A DNA stretch of 64,000 bases from a virus. Taxonomy: Duplodnaviria; Caudoviricetes. The stretch spans positions 1 through 64,000 of the IMG/VR virus record IMGVR_UViG_3300021399_000126. One strand, 5' to 3'. The position numbers and the translations under genes are program-made. Shown here piece by piece: positions 9,501 to 18,516 of the stretch (within the stretch, counting starts at the first letter, position 1; every line of letters starts with the position of its first letter). The notes below the pieces were generated by a model. It had not been told where the DNA came from and searched no databases. It saw only the letters and a program-made list of their open reading frames with translations.

Positions 9501-10531
9501 TATGTATTATAATAAGACTTGCCCATTTCTTGATATTTCTTCAAACATTTATATGCTATTGCACCATATTCAAATTTGACTGCTTCCATTAAATCATAAT
9601 ATCTATTAGTTTCAATTAATTCACCGGTCGGATGAACATCTATTAATCTTCTTAATAATCCAGACTTTGCATCTGTTATTTGAACCGGTTTATTTGTTCC
9701 CATGAACAAAAATGATTGTGGCTTTAATGACCATTCATTTTTAAATTTAGCATTGATCTTAATTTCTTCGTGTGATACAATACTATTTAATTTTGTATTA
9801 TCTTCAATATGACTTAAATCACCATCGTGCTGTATCAATATAAGCGGATTAGTAGATAGCTGCTCTGTTGCAAATGTATCAGAACTTCTTGCTAATGACT
9901 TCGCATCCAATCTACCACACACATATCCATCGAACATTCCAGATATAATATTTAATATAGTACTCTTACCTGTACCAGAACTACCATATAACACTATAAA
10001 TTTTTGAATAGTTTTTGCATCTCCAGATATAATTGCTCCTATAGCCCATTCTAGTTTATCTCTTTCTGAAGGTTCATACAAAGTATTCATTATTTCATCA
10101 TATGCTTTTGTCTCGCCTGCTTCTATATTATATGGAAGACGCTTACTGACATAATCAGATCTCTTAACCGGCGTATTTGCAAACGTTATCTTTGAGTCTA
10201 ATAATTTACTAGAGTCATCGGACTCTTTCATATATTTTCTAAACTCAGTCCACACCTTTGATGAATATAATTTCATTGATTGTACTTCAACAAAACTATG
10301 ATTATCGGGATTTTCTTTGATCTTTTTAGCTCGATCGAACAATTCTTTATCAACCAATCGTATTAAATCCTTCGTATCAGTTGACCATAATCCCTTTTCT
10401 TCGTCCCAAACGCCATAAAAAGACCCTCCTTTTATCAATAAATCCTTAGATCCACCGACTATAAAATTAGGTCTAACATATGTTGTGTTTATGGATTTCA
10501 CATACTTTGTCTCTATTTGAAAGAAATCCAT
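6518..10531 (-). CDS. Fused SF3 helicase / primase / 3'-5' exonuclease / family B DNA polymerase
   Basis: GSSGTGKST and FMGTN (SF3); IIIDFDIK...SKSEAGIHLHY (AEP-like primase); FYDVEVF, GFNNRRYD and YCVNDV (Exo I-III); DVASMHP, KTAINSVYG and HIKTDS (PolB motifs A-C). Confidence 0.85.
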   Translation of the reverse strand: MDFFQIETKYVKSINTTYVRPNFIVGGSKDLLIKGGSFYGVWDEEKGLWSTDTKDLIRLVDKELFDRAKKIKENPDNHSFVEVQSMKLYSSKVWTEFRKYMKESDDSSKLLDSKITFANTPVKRSDYVSKRLPYNIEAGETKAYDEIMNTLYEPSERDKLEWAIGAIISGDAKTIQKFIVLYGSSGTGKSTILNIISGMFDGYVCGRLDAKSLARSSDTFATEQLSTNPLILIQHDGDLSHIEDNTKLNSIVSHEEIKINAKFKNEWSLKPQSFLFMGTNKPVQITDAKSGLLRRLIDVHPTGELIETNRYYDLMEAVKFEYGAIAYKCLKKYQEMGKSYYNTYKPLLMQEQTDYFFNFVKDNYVYFKNENEVTLKAAYEIYKTYCVDSNEKYVLPKMRFKSEFSNYWNEYKDTARNKDGNIVHYLFRGFKKELFNIEDEVDVDKNETSNEKVPEWLTFVSPDEAKNIFDELYSDCLAQYTKADDTPSRKWENVITKLGDLDTTKLHYVKTPENLIIIDFDIKNENGEKDYQKNLEAASKWPKTYAELSKSEAGIHLHYIYDGDVSKLSRVYDDNIEIKVYTGNAALRRKLTKFNNCEITHINSGLPLKEDKVLNFDGVKNEKSIRTLIKKNLAKEYHAGTKPSIDFIDKILEDAYNSGMHYDVTDLRPAILYFATCSTNHATYCIAKVNNMKFKSEESSDFVNAEKDDIVFYDVEVFPNLFVVVWKPDGKECIKWINPTSSQIEQLIKFNLIGFNNRRYDNHILYARLMGYDNEQLYNLSQRIVNGSKNSLFGEAYNLSYTDVYDFASAAHKQSLKKFEIELNIHHQELGLPWDQPVPEDMWETVAEYCVNDVVATEATFHYLSADWTARKILAELSGLSVNDTTNAHTTRIIFENNKKPQNEFCYRNLSEPVMSLPNDVEAFIREACPKMMSHRHGEANSLLPYFPGYTFDNGKSIYMGEEVGEGGYVYAEPGMYSNVALLDVASMHPHSTIAECLFGPRFTKAYRDIVEGRVSIKHEAWDVVNNMLNGKLKPFIQQVIDGTMTSGDLANALKTAINSVYGLTAASFEHPFKDPRNIDNIVAKRGALFMVNLKHEVQKRGFTVAHIKTDSIKIPNATPEIIKFVMEYGEDYGYTFEHEATYDKMCLVNNAVYIARYKTGGMCNAMYGYVPGDNAKHGGEWTATGTQFAVPYVFKTLFSHEQIIFRDLCEIKNVTTSIYLDLNENMPEGEHNYKFVGKTGLFTPIKPGCGGGWLVSQREDKKNGGFKYDSVTGAKDFRWLESETVELLHKEKDVDKRYHQNLVDDAVANISQYGDIDWLTAPEETDISNITLNSAA

Positions 10532-10554
10532 GGTTTTTGCTCCTTTTTTGCTTT

Positions 10555-10780
10555 TTAAAAATTTGTACGGGTTTTGTTTTTAACTTTATTATATTTATTA
10601 ACATTTTTCTTAATTAAATAAACACCACTGTACATGCCAAAACCCGTACAAAATAGCCATTTTTGGGCCATTTTTGCCCCTTTTTAGCCATTTTGTACAA
10701 AAATTTACAATATCTAAAAATTGCTAAAAATCAACTTTTTTGAAAAATGGCCAAAACCCGTACAAAACCCGTACAAGTTT
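10555..10780. repeat. Putative replication origin with iterons
   Basis: AAACCCGTACAA at about 10640, 10754 and 10765 plus an inverted copy at 10563; GCCATTTT x3 with an inverted AAAATGGC; TTTTGTACAAAA palindrome; AT-rich tract 10571-10620. Confidence 0.6.
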
Positions 10781-11570
10781 AGAACCTAATTTTTGGACTA
10801 TTTTCGTCAAACCACTCTTGCATTTGATACCATACTTCAACTCGTCTAACATCCCTGTTACACTTAAAAATTCCATTTTTTCCGCCATTTTCATAGTCAC
10901 GTCTTATGAACCTACTCAACTTGTCTTTTACAAATGAATAAACATATCCATTTTCATCAAATTTATCCAAATCCATCTGCTCAATTATGATCCAAAACCA
11001 CGTATTTGTCCTATTTCCGAGGTTCATATCGAACATCATTTGGTCATCTATACGTTCTGCTAAAGCTACTAACATTTCTAACCAAGAACAATCCTCATAT
11101 ATAATACTTTCTAACTCCGAATCACCAAATTCTGAGTGCTCAGACACAAATCTTTTCCTCAATGCAACACCATCTCTAGCCCTATTTACATCCATCGGAA
11201 CATTTTCATTTTCCACAAATGTATCATTAAATAGATGCATCAATAATGACGAATATTTTCGCACCATTTTACTATCAAGTTTGTCAATTAACCACCTAAA
11301 ATATAATGGTCTCAAATTAATACCTTTAATATCGTCCGTACAACCTTTGCAACCGTTAGAACCTTTATTATCTTTAAAACCATTAAAACTATTATTACTA
11401 TCATAACCTTTTTTGCAACCTTGTACAGCATTTCCATCTACAGCATAAGGATTATCAGAACTTTGTAACCCAGATTTCAATCCATAATAAAGTTCCTTAC
11501 CAAATTCCTTCTGCTTCCTAATCCTCCCCATTGAACTACTAAATTTCACCTTATCATCCATTGCTGCCAT
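10779..11570 (-). CDS. Conserved phage hypothetical protein (D.NRA.DG..LR motif)
   Basis: 263-aa ORF with an AGGAGG RBS, adjacent to the putative origin. Confidence 0.75.
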   Translation of the reverse strand: MAAMDDKVKFSSSMGRIRKQKEFGKELYYGLKSGLQSSDNPYAVDGNAVQGCKKGYDSNNSFNGFKDNKGSNGCKGCTDDIKGINLRPLYFRWLIDKLDSKMVRKYSSLLMHLFNDTFVENENVPMDVNRARDGVALRKRFVSEHSEFGDSELESIIYEDCSWLEMLVALAERIDDQMMFDMNLGNRTNTWFWIIIEQMDLDKFDENGYVYSFVKDKLSRFIRRDYENGGKNGIFKCNRDVRRVEVWYQMQEWFDENSPKIRF

Positions 11571-11624
11571 GCATAGAGTTACCTCCTTTCTTTAAATATA
11601 ATTCACAATTATACGCTTTAGGCG

Positions 11625-11670
11625 AAAAGATAAGAGAAACCATATCAAATACGATTTCCCTTAACTCTTT
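11625..11670 (-). terminator. Cassette-end hairpin with U-tract
   Basis: AAGGGAAAUC-loop-GGUUUCUCUU followed by AUCUUUU. Confidence 0.6.
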
Positions 11671-11672
11671 AA

Positions 11673-11900
11673 TTAAATGTAAAATGATCCATCAGATATG
11701 CAAATGATATTACCAAAGTTATTTGTATCAAACCATATCCTATATCCAAATACATATATATCTTTATCGTAAGCTTTTAATAAATATTTTTTTACTAAAT
11801 TAAAAGCTTCCTCACAAGATAAATGTCTTTTAGACATAGTTTCTAATTTTGATCCTTTAGCTTTTTTACTCCACATTTCAACTTCATATCTTTTATCCAT
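11673..11900 (-). CDS. Small cassette gene, hypothetical
   Basis: 75-aa ORF between the promoter at 11921 and the hairpin at 11625. Confidence 0.75.
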   Translation of the reverse strand: MDKRYEVEMWSKKAKGSKLETMSKRHLSCEEAFNLVKKYLLKAYDKDIYVFGYRIWFDTNNFGNIICISDGSFYI

Positions 11901-11920
11901 TTTAAATCACCTCCTTTACT

Positions 11921-11945
11921 ATTACAGAGGCAATATAATATGCGA
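11921..11945 (-). promoter_or_regulatory. Phage promoter motif
   Basis: TCGCA-N14-TGTAAT followed by AGTAAAGGAGG. Confidence 0.7.
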
Positions 11946-12755
11946 TTAATCTACGCCCATAAACTCATTATAACTCATTTCTTTAAATAAAATCTCATAG
12001 TCAGCATTATAAGCTTCATTACGCACAAATATCCTGTCCTTATCACCGCCTTCAAACTCTATGAGATTATCTAATCCTACAATATCATCAGCATCCGGAA
12101 CAATATCGTCGCCATCGTCAATCAATGTTCCATCTCTGAAGTAGGTAAATAGCTGCTTAGTAAAGGAATCAAACTGAGGATCCATATACTCCTCTTCAGT
12201 AATCATATAAGGTGGGAGAGCATTATACTGTGCACCTGCTGCCACTGTATCCTCTGTGTCTGCCATACGTTTTTCATAATCTTCATCAGACTCAAGATTT
12301 CGTGCCTCATTTTCAGCAATTCTCTCTTCATCATCCTCATCACGAGTAACAAAATTGAGTTTCTCTTCATCAGTCATATTGGCCATTTCTTCTTTTATTT
12401 TCTGGCGCTCTTCATCGGATATACTAAATGTCTTATATCCTTCTTTTCTTACTCTTTCCATATACTCCTTCTTAAGCTCATCGTTTTTCTTAGCCATTTC
12501 CTTGGCCTTCTTGACAGCAGCCTCCTGTTCGGGGGTCATGACATAATGATTAGGGTCACCATTAACAATAGTCTTATCTGCTACTTGCATTGTAGAGATT
12601 TGACGTACGTAATCATTTATTTCATCGTTCATCTGGTTTATAATATCATCAGTCTGCTTTTTCATTCTGTACTGGCCTACAAAATATCCACCAGCGAATC
12701 CTGCACCTGCTGCCACTACAACAGAAGCGAGTAATATAATTGTCTGTTTAGTCAT
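11946..12755 (-). CDS. Membrane-anchored acidic coiled-coil phage protein
   Basis: N-terminal TM segment VVVAAGAGFAGGYFVG; C-terminal PPY.I...F..FVRNE..DYEI. Confidence 0.7.
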   Translation of the reverse strand: MTKQTIILLASVVVAAGAGFAGGYFVGQYRMKKQTDDIINQMNDEINDYVRQISTMQVADKTIVNGDPNHYVMTPEQEAAVKKAKEMAKKNDELKKEYMERVRKEGYKTFSISDEERQKIKEEMANMTDEEKLNFVTRDEDDEERIAENEARNLESDEDYEKRMADTEDTVAAGAQYNALPPYMITEEEYMDPQFDSFTKQLFTYFRDGTLIDDGDDIVPDADDIVGLDNLIEFEGGDKDRIFVRNEAYNADYEILFKEMSYNEFMGVD

Positions 12756-12830
12756 TTGATTTGTTCTCCTTTAAAAAATATAATAATGCAAAAAGAAAAA
12801 GGCGCCTTTTAAGTGACGCCAATTTCTTTG

Positions 12831-12992
12831 TTAATTATTTAAACTATACTTCTTATCAATTTTCGTTGTAAGTCTAAGCATCTTTGTATATAAATATTTA
12901 GTTCTCAAAGATTCCACCCAGCATAATACATATATTATACCAGTACCAATCTTAGAAACCAGCCATATCATACCTAATTTAATTACTTTCAT
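12831..12992 (-). CDS. 53-aa cassette membrane peptide (not in ORF track)
   Basis: MKVIKLGMIWLVSKIGTGIIYVLCWVESLRTKYLY...; GGAGG RBS; between promoter 13036 and hairpin 12791-12830. Confidence 0.65.
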   Translation of the reverse strand: MKVIKLGMIWLVSKIGTGIIYVLCWVESLRTKYLYTKMLRLTTKIDKKYSLNN

Positions 12993-13035
12993 ACCATTTT
13001 CCTCCTTGTTATAGTTTAAACAGACACTATTGTCT

Positions 13036-13060
13036 ATTATAGAAGGGATAAAATGTGCGA
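13036..13060 (-). promoter_or_regulatory. Phage promoter motif
   Basis: TCGCA-N14-TATAAT followed by the hairpin AGAC-AATAGT-GTCT. Confidence 0.75.
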
Positions 13061-13100
13061 AAAGATTAGAGAGACCTTATTAAGATCTCCCAAAATCTTT
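13061..13100 (-). terminator. Cassette-end hairpin abutting the next promoter
   Basis: GGGAGAUC-UUAAUAA-GGUCUCUC then UAAUCUUUU running into CGCA. Confidence 0.65.
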
Positions 13101-13105
13101 TATCT

Positions 13106-13327
13106 TTATTTTTTACAATATTTATCTAAAAAATTTATTAAATTGTCTTCAACTTTAATGCAAAATTGTATGTCTCCATCTTTTGTTAAATCATCATAAT
13201 TCCGAATAAATACTTTATAAATAACAAATATAATTGTACCTATAAAGAATGCCGGAAATGTAACCATTTCAAACAAAAGCCACAGGACAAAACCATACCA
13301 TTTCCATTTTTTAAAAGCTGTTACCAT
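13106..13327 (-). CDS. Small cassette membrane protein
   Basis: 73 aa with a hydrophobic N-terminal half. Confidence 0.7.
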   Translation of the reverse strand: MVTAFKKWKWYGFVLWLLFEMVTFPAFFIGTIIFVIYKVFIRNYDDLTKDGDIQFCIKVEDNLINFLDKYCKK

Positions 13328-13363
13328 ATTTTATCCTCCATTTTTAAACAGACACTATTGTCT

Positions 13364-13388
13364 ATTATAGAAGGAATATAACTTGCGA
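13364..13388 (-). promoter_or_regulatory. Phage promoter motif
   Basis: TCGCA-N14-TATAAT plus the AGACAATAGTGTCT hairpin; 32 bp (13343-13374) identical to 13015-13046. Confidence 0.75.
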
Positions 13389-13714
13389 TCTATTTAATTT
13401 CACTTTCTTTATCATCAGAATTTATTGTAAGGATTGTTACTTCTTTAATTTTGTCTAATATTTCCTCAATAGAATCATATACTAAAAATGGAACACCTGA
13501 ACCCGAGGTGTATATCTTTGTTACATAAGTATCATTTACCTCAGATCTATAGAATCCATCTATGTTTTTTACATTAATATATAAGTCACCACTATATAGA
13601 CTTCGTAATTTAATCATATCCATTATTTTTATAACCTTTCTTTAAATATAATATGTGATCCATTGGGCCATCTCACTTTGTTCAATGACAAAAAAGAAAG
13701 AGGCCTTTTAAGCC

Positions 13715-13978
13715 TCAATCTCTTCTTTCGAGCGATACTTCATATACAGTATACTCTGGATCATATGTCAGTAGTGCATTATTTCTTATGTCGGCACGAA
13801 AATACATCCAACATTGGGACTTTTTCTCTTTTGACATGAATCCATTAACATACTGATTAAGTATATTAACTAATTCATTTAGGTCATCAGAATGAAAATC
13901 CTTTGCTTTAGTTTTTTCGTACACTATATTAAATGCTGTGTACTGATACGTCATAATCAATGTATATTGTTTATTCAT
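13715..13978 (-). CDS. Small cassette gene, hypothetical
   Basis: 87-aa ORF; SD directly follows the promoter TATAAT. Confidence 0.7.
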   Translation of the reverse strand: MNKQYTLIMTYQYTAFNIVYEKTKAKDFHSDDLNELVNILNQYVNGFMSKEKKSQCWMYFRADIRNNALLTYDPEYTVYEVSLERRD

Positions 13979-13994
13979 ATCTATTACCTCCTTT

Positions 13995-14019
13995 ATTATA
14001 GAAGGTATAATACATGCGA
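13995..14019 (-). promoter_or_regulatory. Phage promoter motif
   Basis: TCGCA-N14-TATAAT immediately followed by AAAGGAGG. Confidence 0.75.
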
Positions 14020-14024
14020 TTTAT

Positions 14025-14483
14025 TTAATGTCCAAAATATACTAAAAATTTATATATTGAAACATTTATCATATTAGACTTTAATTCTTTTATGGTATTA
14101 TTGTTTTGAATATATGTATCAATTTCAGATTGAATAAGTTGATCAGATTTCAAATCTGGATAAAGAGAAATTAAAGCCATAGTATCATCTTCTGGAGAAA
14201 CTTCATACATAATATCTTTCTCATATTGCATGTATTTCTCAACTGTAGCACTTATTTTAGATTCTATTTTTTGATTTTCTTCTTCATACATAGCTATCTT
14301 TTTAGGCGTTGTGTAGGATTTAGAAAATACATTAAATCCACATATACAAACAAATACTAAAACAATAACTGATAAGATACCACATAAACAACTTACAGTA
14401 TCAAAATCAGTATCAGTATGCTCGTCCAAAATAGCAAATACAACAGTAAGAATCATTAACAATATTAATAGTGCACTAAGCAT
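14025..14483 (-). CDS. Membrane protein with two N-terminal TM segments (LemA-like YPDLKS motif)
   Basis: Hydrophobic N-terminus and LYPDLKSDQLI motif. Confidence 0.55.
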   Translation of the reverse strand: MLSALLILLMILTVVFAILDEHTDTDFDTVSCLCGILSVIVLVFVCICGFNVFSKSYTTPKKIAMYEEENQKIESKISATVEKYMQYEKDIMYEVSPEDDTMALISLYPDLKSDQLIQSEIDTYIQNNNTIKELKSNMINVSIYKFLVYFGH

Positions 14484-14648
14484 TATGAATCCTCCTATTT
14501 AATTTTCTTGCCTAACCTATGACCAGTTGCTCCCAATTAGGCCGCCGTTCGATTCCCCGTATAAATATAATTTGTGATCTAATGATCAGCCATCTCACTT
14601 CGTTCAATGACAAAAACCTAAAGGGGCCATATAGACCCCCTTACAGGT

Positions 14649-14972
14649 TTAGTCATTCTTTTTAGCCTTCGACTTAAGGCTGTCTATTTCTTCCTGTAAA
14701 AACATAACTTCATCGCGAAGATCCTTAACAGTCTCAGTAAGACTATAGAGCATTTCTGTCTGAAGATTCTGCTGTTTTATTGCTTTTACCATCTGATCCT
14801 TGAATGAAGTTGCTAAGTCATATAACTGCTTCATATCGGCATATTCATCAGCTTCTAAGCTCATGAGTGTACCTATGTCAGCATATTTGCTTAACATCTT
14901 TTTCCCTAAGTCAAACGATTCCTCAATAACATCAGAATCCACCTTTGTTTCCATAATTTCTGAATACTTCAT
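14649..14972 (-). CDS. Cassette coiled-coil protein
   Basis: Start reassigned to MKYSEIM after AAGGAGG; bounded by promoter 15027 and hairpin 14611-14650. Confidence 0.7.
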   Translation of the reverse strand: MKYSEIMETKVDSDVIEESFDLGKKMLSKYADIGTLMSLEADEYADMKQLYDLATSFKDQMVKAIKQQNLQTEMLYSLTETVKDLRDEVMFLQEEIDSLKSKAKKND

Positions 14973-15026
14973 AAAAATTTCCTCCTTAACATTGTATTTT
15001 TTACAAGTTTCAACCATCTCTGGTCT

Positions 15027-15051
15027 ATTAAAGGAGGAATAAATTATGCGA
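15027..15051 (-). promoter_or_regulatory. Phage promoter motif
   Basis: TCGCA-N14-TTTAAT. Confidence 0.7.
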
Positions 15052-15218
15052 TTTACTCACCCAAAATCAATTTATCATTATAAGCATCTATACGAGCATC
15101 TAGTTCACCAATAATATTTTCGGGACTAGGATAATAATACTTCTTTCCTGTCCGTTCATATTCGTCCATCTGCTCTGTAACCCAATTTTTAAAATTTATA
15201 AGCTCTTCTACAACTTCC

Positions 15219-15743
15219 TTAGTTGCTGACATTGCTTTGTTCCTCCAATACTTTACTTTTTATTATAATTTCAAAACCTTTTTGTGTACAATAAATTGTT
15301 GAATTAGATGGATCATACATAATATCATAATTTTGAGTTTCATAATATGTATATCCATACCTTTTAGCCCATTTTTTATTTATTCGTTTCTTATGATGGG
15401 TTCGATTCTGTATTTTTTTCGTAGTTACTACTACTTTATATCTAGGTACACTGCATTCTAAAATCTTAGCTTCATGTTCATTTAATTCTTTAAGAGCTTT
15501 CATTATACTATCAGCTGTAATTCTATCATGCTGTGGTACAGAATAAGATAATGAGCCTGGTAAATCATCATGTTTGATAGCTTTATCTAAAACTTTAAAA
15601 TATAATGTTTCCTCAAGCTTTTGTGGATCTAGAATATCATATTTATATTTTGTATTAGACATATTCTCAAATATATCATCACTTATTTTTTCAATAGGTC
15701 CAAGTATATTTCTATCCTTTGTACCTAAATATAATTTGTCCAT
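15219..15743 (-). CDS. Hypothetical protein with the common phage motif RTHHKKRINKKW.KRYG
   Basis: 174-aa ORF. Confidence 0.65.
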   Translation of the reverse strand: MDKLYLGTKDRNILGPIEKISDDIFENMSNTKYKYDILDPQKLEETLYFKVLDKAIKHDDLPGSLSYSVPQHDRITADSIMKALKELNEHEAKILECSVPRYKVVVTTKKIQNRTHHKKRINKKWAKRYGYTYYETQNYDIMYDPSNSTIYCTQKGFEIIIKSKVLEEQSNVSN

Positions 15744-16964
15744 TTTTGTCTAAATAACTCCTCTCAGATAGCTCTAGAACGCGTTTAAAGGCCCTTTTTA
15801 GCCATTTTAAGCATAATAGTCGATAAATTGGTCGAAAAAATGTTAAAATGCCTGTATGAGGCTAATAGAGGCCTTGTCGCAAGTGACAGCATCTCACAAG
15901 TTCGATACTAAAACGATTCTAGAAAAGGCAATTTTTGGTGAATTTTGCTCCTTTTACGGTCCCTCCGGGACTTAATCATTTGTGACATTCCTCTTCGGTG
16001 GGAGATAATTTGTCCCATGAAGGAGTATGTAATAACTTTGCGAGGCGCATAGAGTCTTCATTACTGTAGCCGTTATATCGGAGAATCCTATATATGGACA
16101 TTTGAGATTGGCTGTCACCTCGTTTAAGTAATATTGATTGGTTTGATTTTGGGAGCATTTGTACATCTAATCCTCCATATTTTCATTAGGAATAAATTCT
16201 ATAGATATGTTTTTTATTTGACCATCATCATTACGCATATCAATTTTTATATCATTAACCCTACTCAAATTAATACCCAATCCATTAGATATAAATTCCT
16301 TGGTTGCATTACGTATTTGATCTTCTACGGGGATAACAATATAATGTCTATCATCTAATCCACTAGGAATATCTGCATATATACAAGGTAAATCATTTAC
16401 TTCAGGATACTTCTCAGCTATATCATTTGCATTTATTAATCTGTAACTCATATTAATCCTCCATATTTTCATTAGGAATAGCGCCATAATTATTTTCCAC
16501 CATATTTTTAATAATTTTAGGCTGAAAATTTATATTGTCATAATTGTATTTTAATTCTATGGTGGAGGCAATATATCTGCATAAGTCATCAAAAATTTCA
16601 AGAATACTGTTCCATTTTGTTTGATGATCTACAAATATAATATCATGTACAAAAGGTCTTTCTAGTATGGTAGACTTAAGTATAAAACTATCACCCAAAA
16701 TACTTAATGATAAGTCATATTCGTTAGCTATTTTTTGTAATTTTTCAAAATAATAGGACAAATCACTCATATCAATACTCCTTAATTTCTGCTTTTGATG
16801 ATTGATTAGTTAAAAGATAATACAACGTATCAGCCTGTTTACCTAATTCCATTTTCAGAATTTTAATATCATCACCATTTTTTCTAAGTATACATATACC
16901 AGCTTCATCTTCCAAAGCATTATCAAATGTTACTATGAGAGTATCTGACACATGATTGTTCATC

Positions 16965-18098
16965 TCAATCCTCCATATTCTTTATTTTCTCAATCCAATC
17001 ATTAAATGTGATTGACTCCATCATAAGACCCTCTCCAAACATACGGGTTTTGAGACCCATGATGATTTGGTTTTTAACATTATCATCGATACTTAAGAAT
17101 ATGTTTTCATATTCGTCATAATATCTCTTAAATCTCTTTTCTACAGCCTTACGATACTCCTGATTTTCCTGCTTAAGCCATTCATCTTTATTCATTGTGA
17201 AATAAGCATCATAAATCATTGTGGTTATGAAGAACTGAGCGTCTTCCTTTCTACCACGATCTCTAAATTCCTCAACTAATGCTGTATTACTGTCAAGCAT
17301 GTTATTATATGTCTTGAGAATATAATCAGGGTCATGACGGCAAACAGACTCATCGCGCCATCTCCAGAGATAAAATGCCATAGGCTGACCTGTCATCTGA
17401 TTGAATAAAGGACAATAAATGGTGTTTGTCGGACCTGCTATCTTCTGGCATAGGCAATTGAAGAAACTATCCTCATGGATTGTGAGGTTATCGTTCCAGC
17501 GGATGTTGTTATTTATAAGGAATTTAAGTCTATGCACCTTACCATGAACAAATGTTGAATCAGTCTGGTGAGGAACGTAAACCGGGGTTTCCTTATCCAT
17601 CTTAGGTCTACCAGTATGAGGATCTATAATAGGCTTTTTAGTCTTAGGATCAAATTCAGGCATTCTCGTCTCTTCGATAAAGGCTGACATCATGGTATCA
17701 AATACACCATCTTCTCTTTTAAGATCAATTTCTCTGAATATAGTGTACATACCAGTCATATTGAAGAACATATCATCAATATCACAGAACATTACATAGG
17801 GATTTCCCTTATGTTTCTGGTAGTCCTCAATAGCCTTATCAAGACATGCATTACGTGTAGCAGATACACCACGATGCTCACAAATATAATAATAGATTTT
17901 GAATGGGTATTTGTATCCGTTTATGGTGTAATTATCTTCTGATACCTCATAAGGATTCTCTTCAGGTTCACCATCCTTACAAATTATACAGTCAAGTTCA
18001 TCAAAATCAACATTCTGCTGTAAAGCAATAGAGTCCAAAAGAGGTTTTATCACGTCAAATGGCTCTTTATATTGAGGAACTAATATATGTAATTTCAT
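16965..18098 (-). CDS. Glycosyltransferase family 2 (GT-A fold)
   Basis: ILVPQYKE, GVSATRN, MFCDIDD (DxD) and HEDSFFN motifs. Confidence 0.8.
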   Translation of the reverse strand: MKLHILVPQYKEPFDVIKPLLDSIALQQNVDFDELDCIICKDGEPEENPYEVSEDNYTINGYKYPFKIYYYICEHRGVSATRNACLDKAIEDYQKHKGNPYVMFCDIDDMFFNMTGMYTIFREIDLKREDGVFDTMMSAFIEETRMPEFDPKTKKPIIDPHTGRPKMDKETPVYVPHQTDSTFVHGKVHRLKFLINNNIRWNDNLTIHEDSFFNCLCQKIAGPTNTIYCPLFNQMTGQPMAFYLWRWRDESVCRHDPDYILKTYNNMLDSNTALVEEFRDRGRKEDAQFFITTMIYDAYFTMNKDEWLKQENQEYRKAVEKRFKRYYDEYENIFLSIDDNVKNQIIMGLKTRMFGEGLMMESITFNDWIEKIKNMED

Positions 18099-18181
18099 TT
18101 TTATTTTCCTTTCATTAATTTAATGTAATATAAGGCGAAAATTTGATAGAAGCATTAAAAATTTTGATTCAAATGTTTTAT

Positions 18182-18451
18182 TTACATGTCTAACATTTCT
18201 TCTAATACTTTCACAGATTCCTCATACTCTTTTGAAGGTCCAAAATGATTTGGATCGACTTTTCTGGCTACCAAATCTGCTACTTGTAGCGGCCAAGTAA
18301 ATAAATTACTTGCTGCTGCACCAGCAAATATGACACCAGATCCAACTTTAGTCTTTCCGAATTTTGTATTTGAAACCCTTCTATGTAATTTTTCTACGGG
18401 TTCTGTAAATCCAATTTTATTATTACTGTTTACAAAAATATTATTTCCCAT
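18182..18451 (-). CDS. Small cassette gene
   Basis: 89-aa ORF after promoter 18476. Confidence 0.7.
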   Translation of the reverse strand: MGNNIFVNSNNKIGFTEPVEKLHRRVSNTKFGKTKVGSGVIFAGAAASNLFTWPLQVADLVARKVDPNHFGPSKEYEESVKVLEEMLDM

Positions 18452-18475
18452 TTTTATCCTCCTTCTGCTTCTATC

Positions 18476-18500
18476 ATTATAGGAGGAATATAATATGCGA
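18476..18500 (-). promoter_or_regulatory. Phage promoter motif
   Basis: TCGCA-N14-TATAAT. Confidence 0.75.
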
Positions 18501-18516
18501 AAAGAAGAAAGAGACC

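Noticed and set aside
14541-14560. tRNA from a GTTCGATTC T-loop word
   Set aside because: No T stem, acceptor or anticodon arm can be built around it
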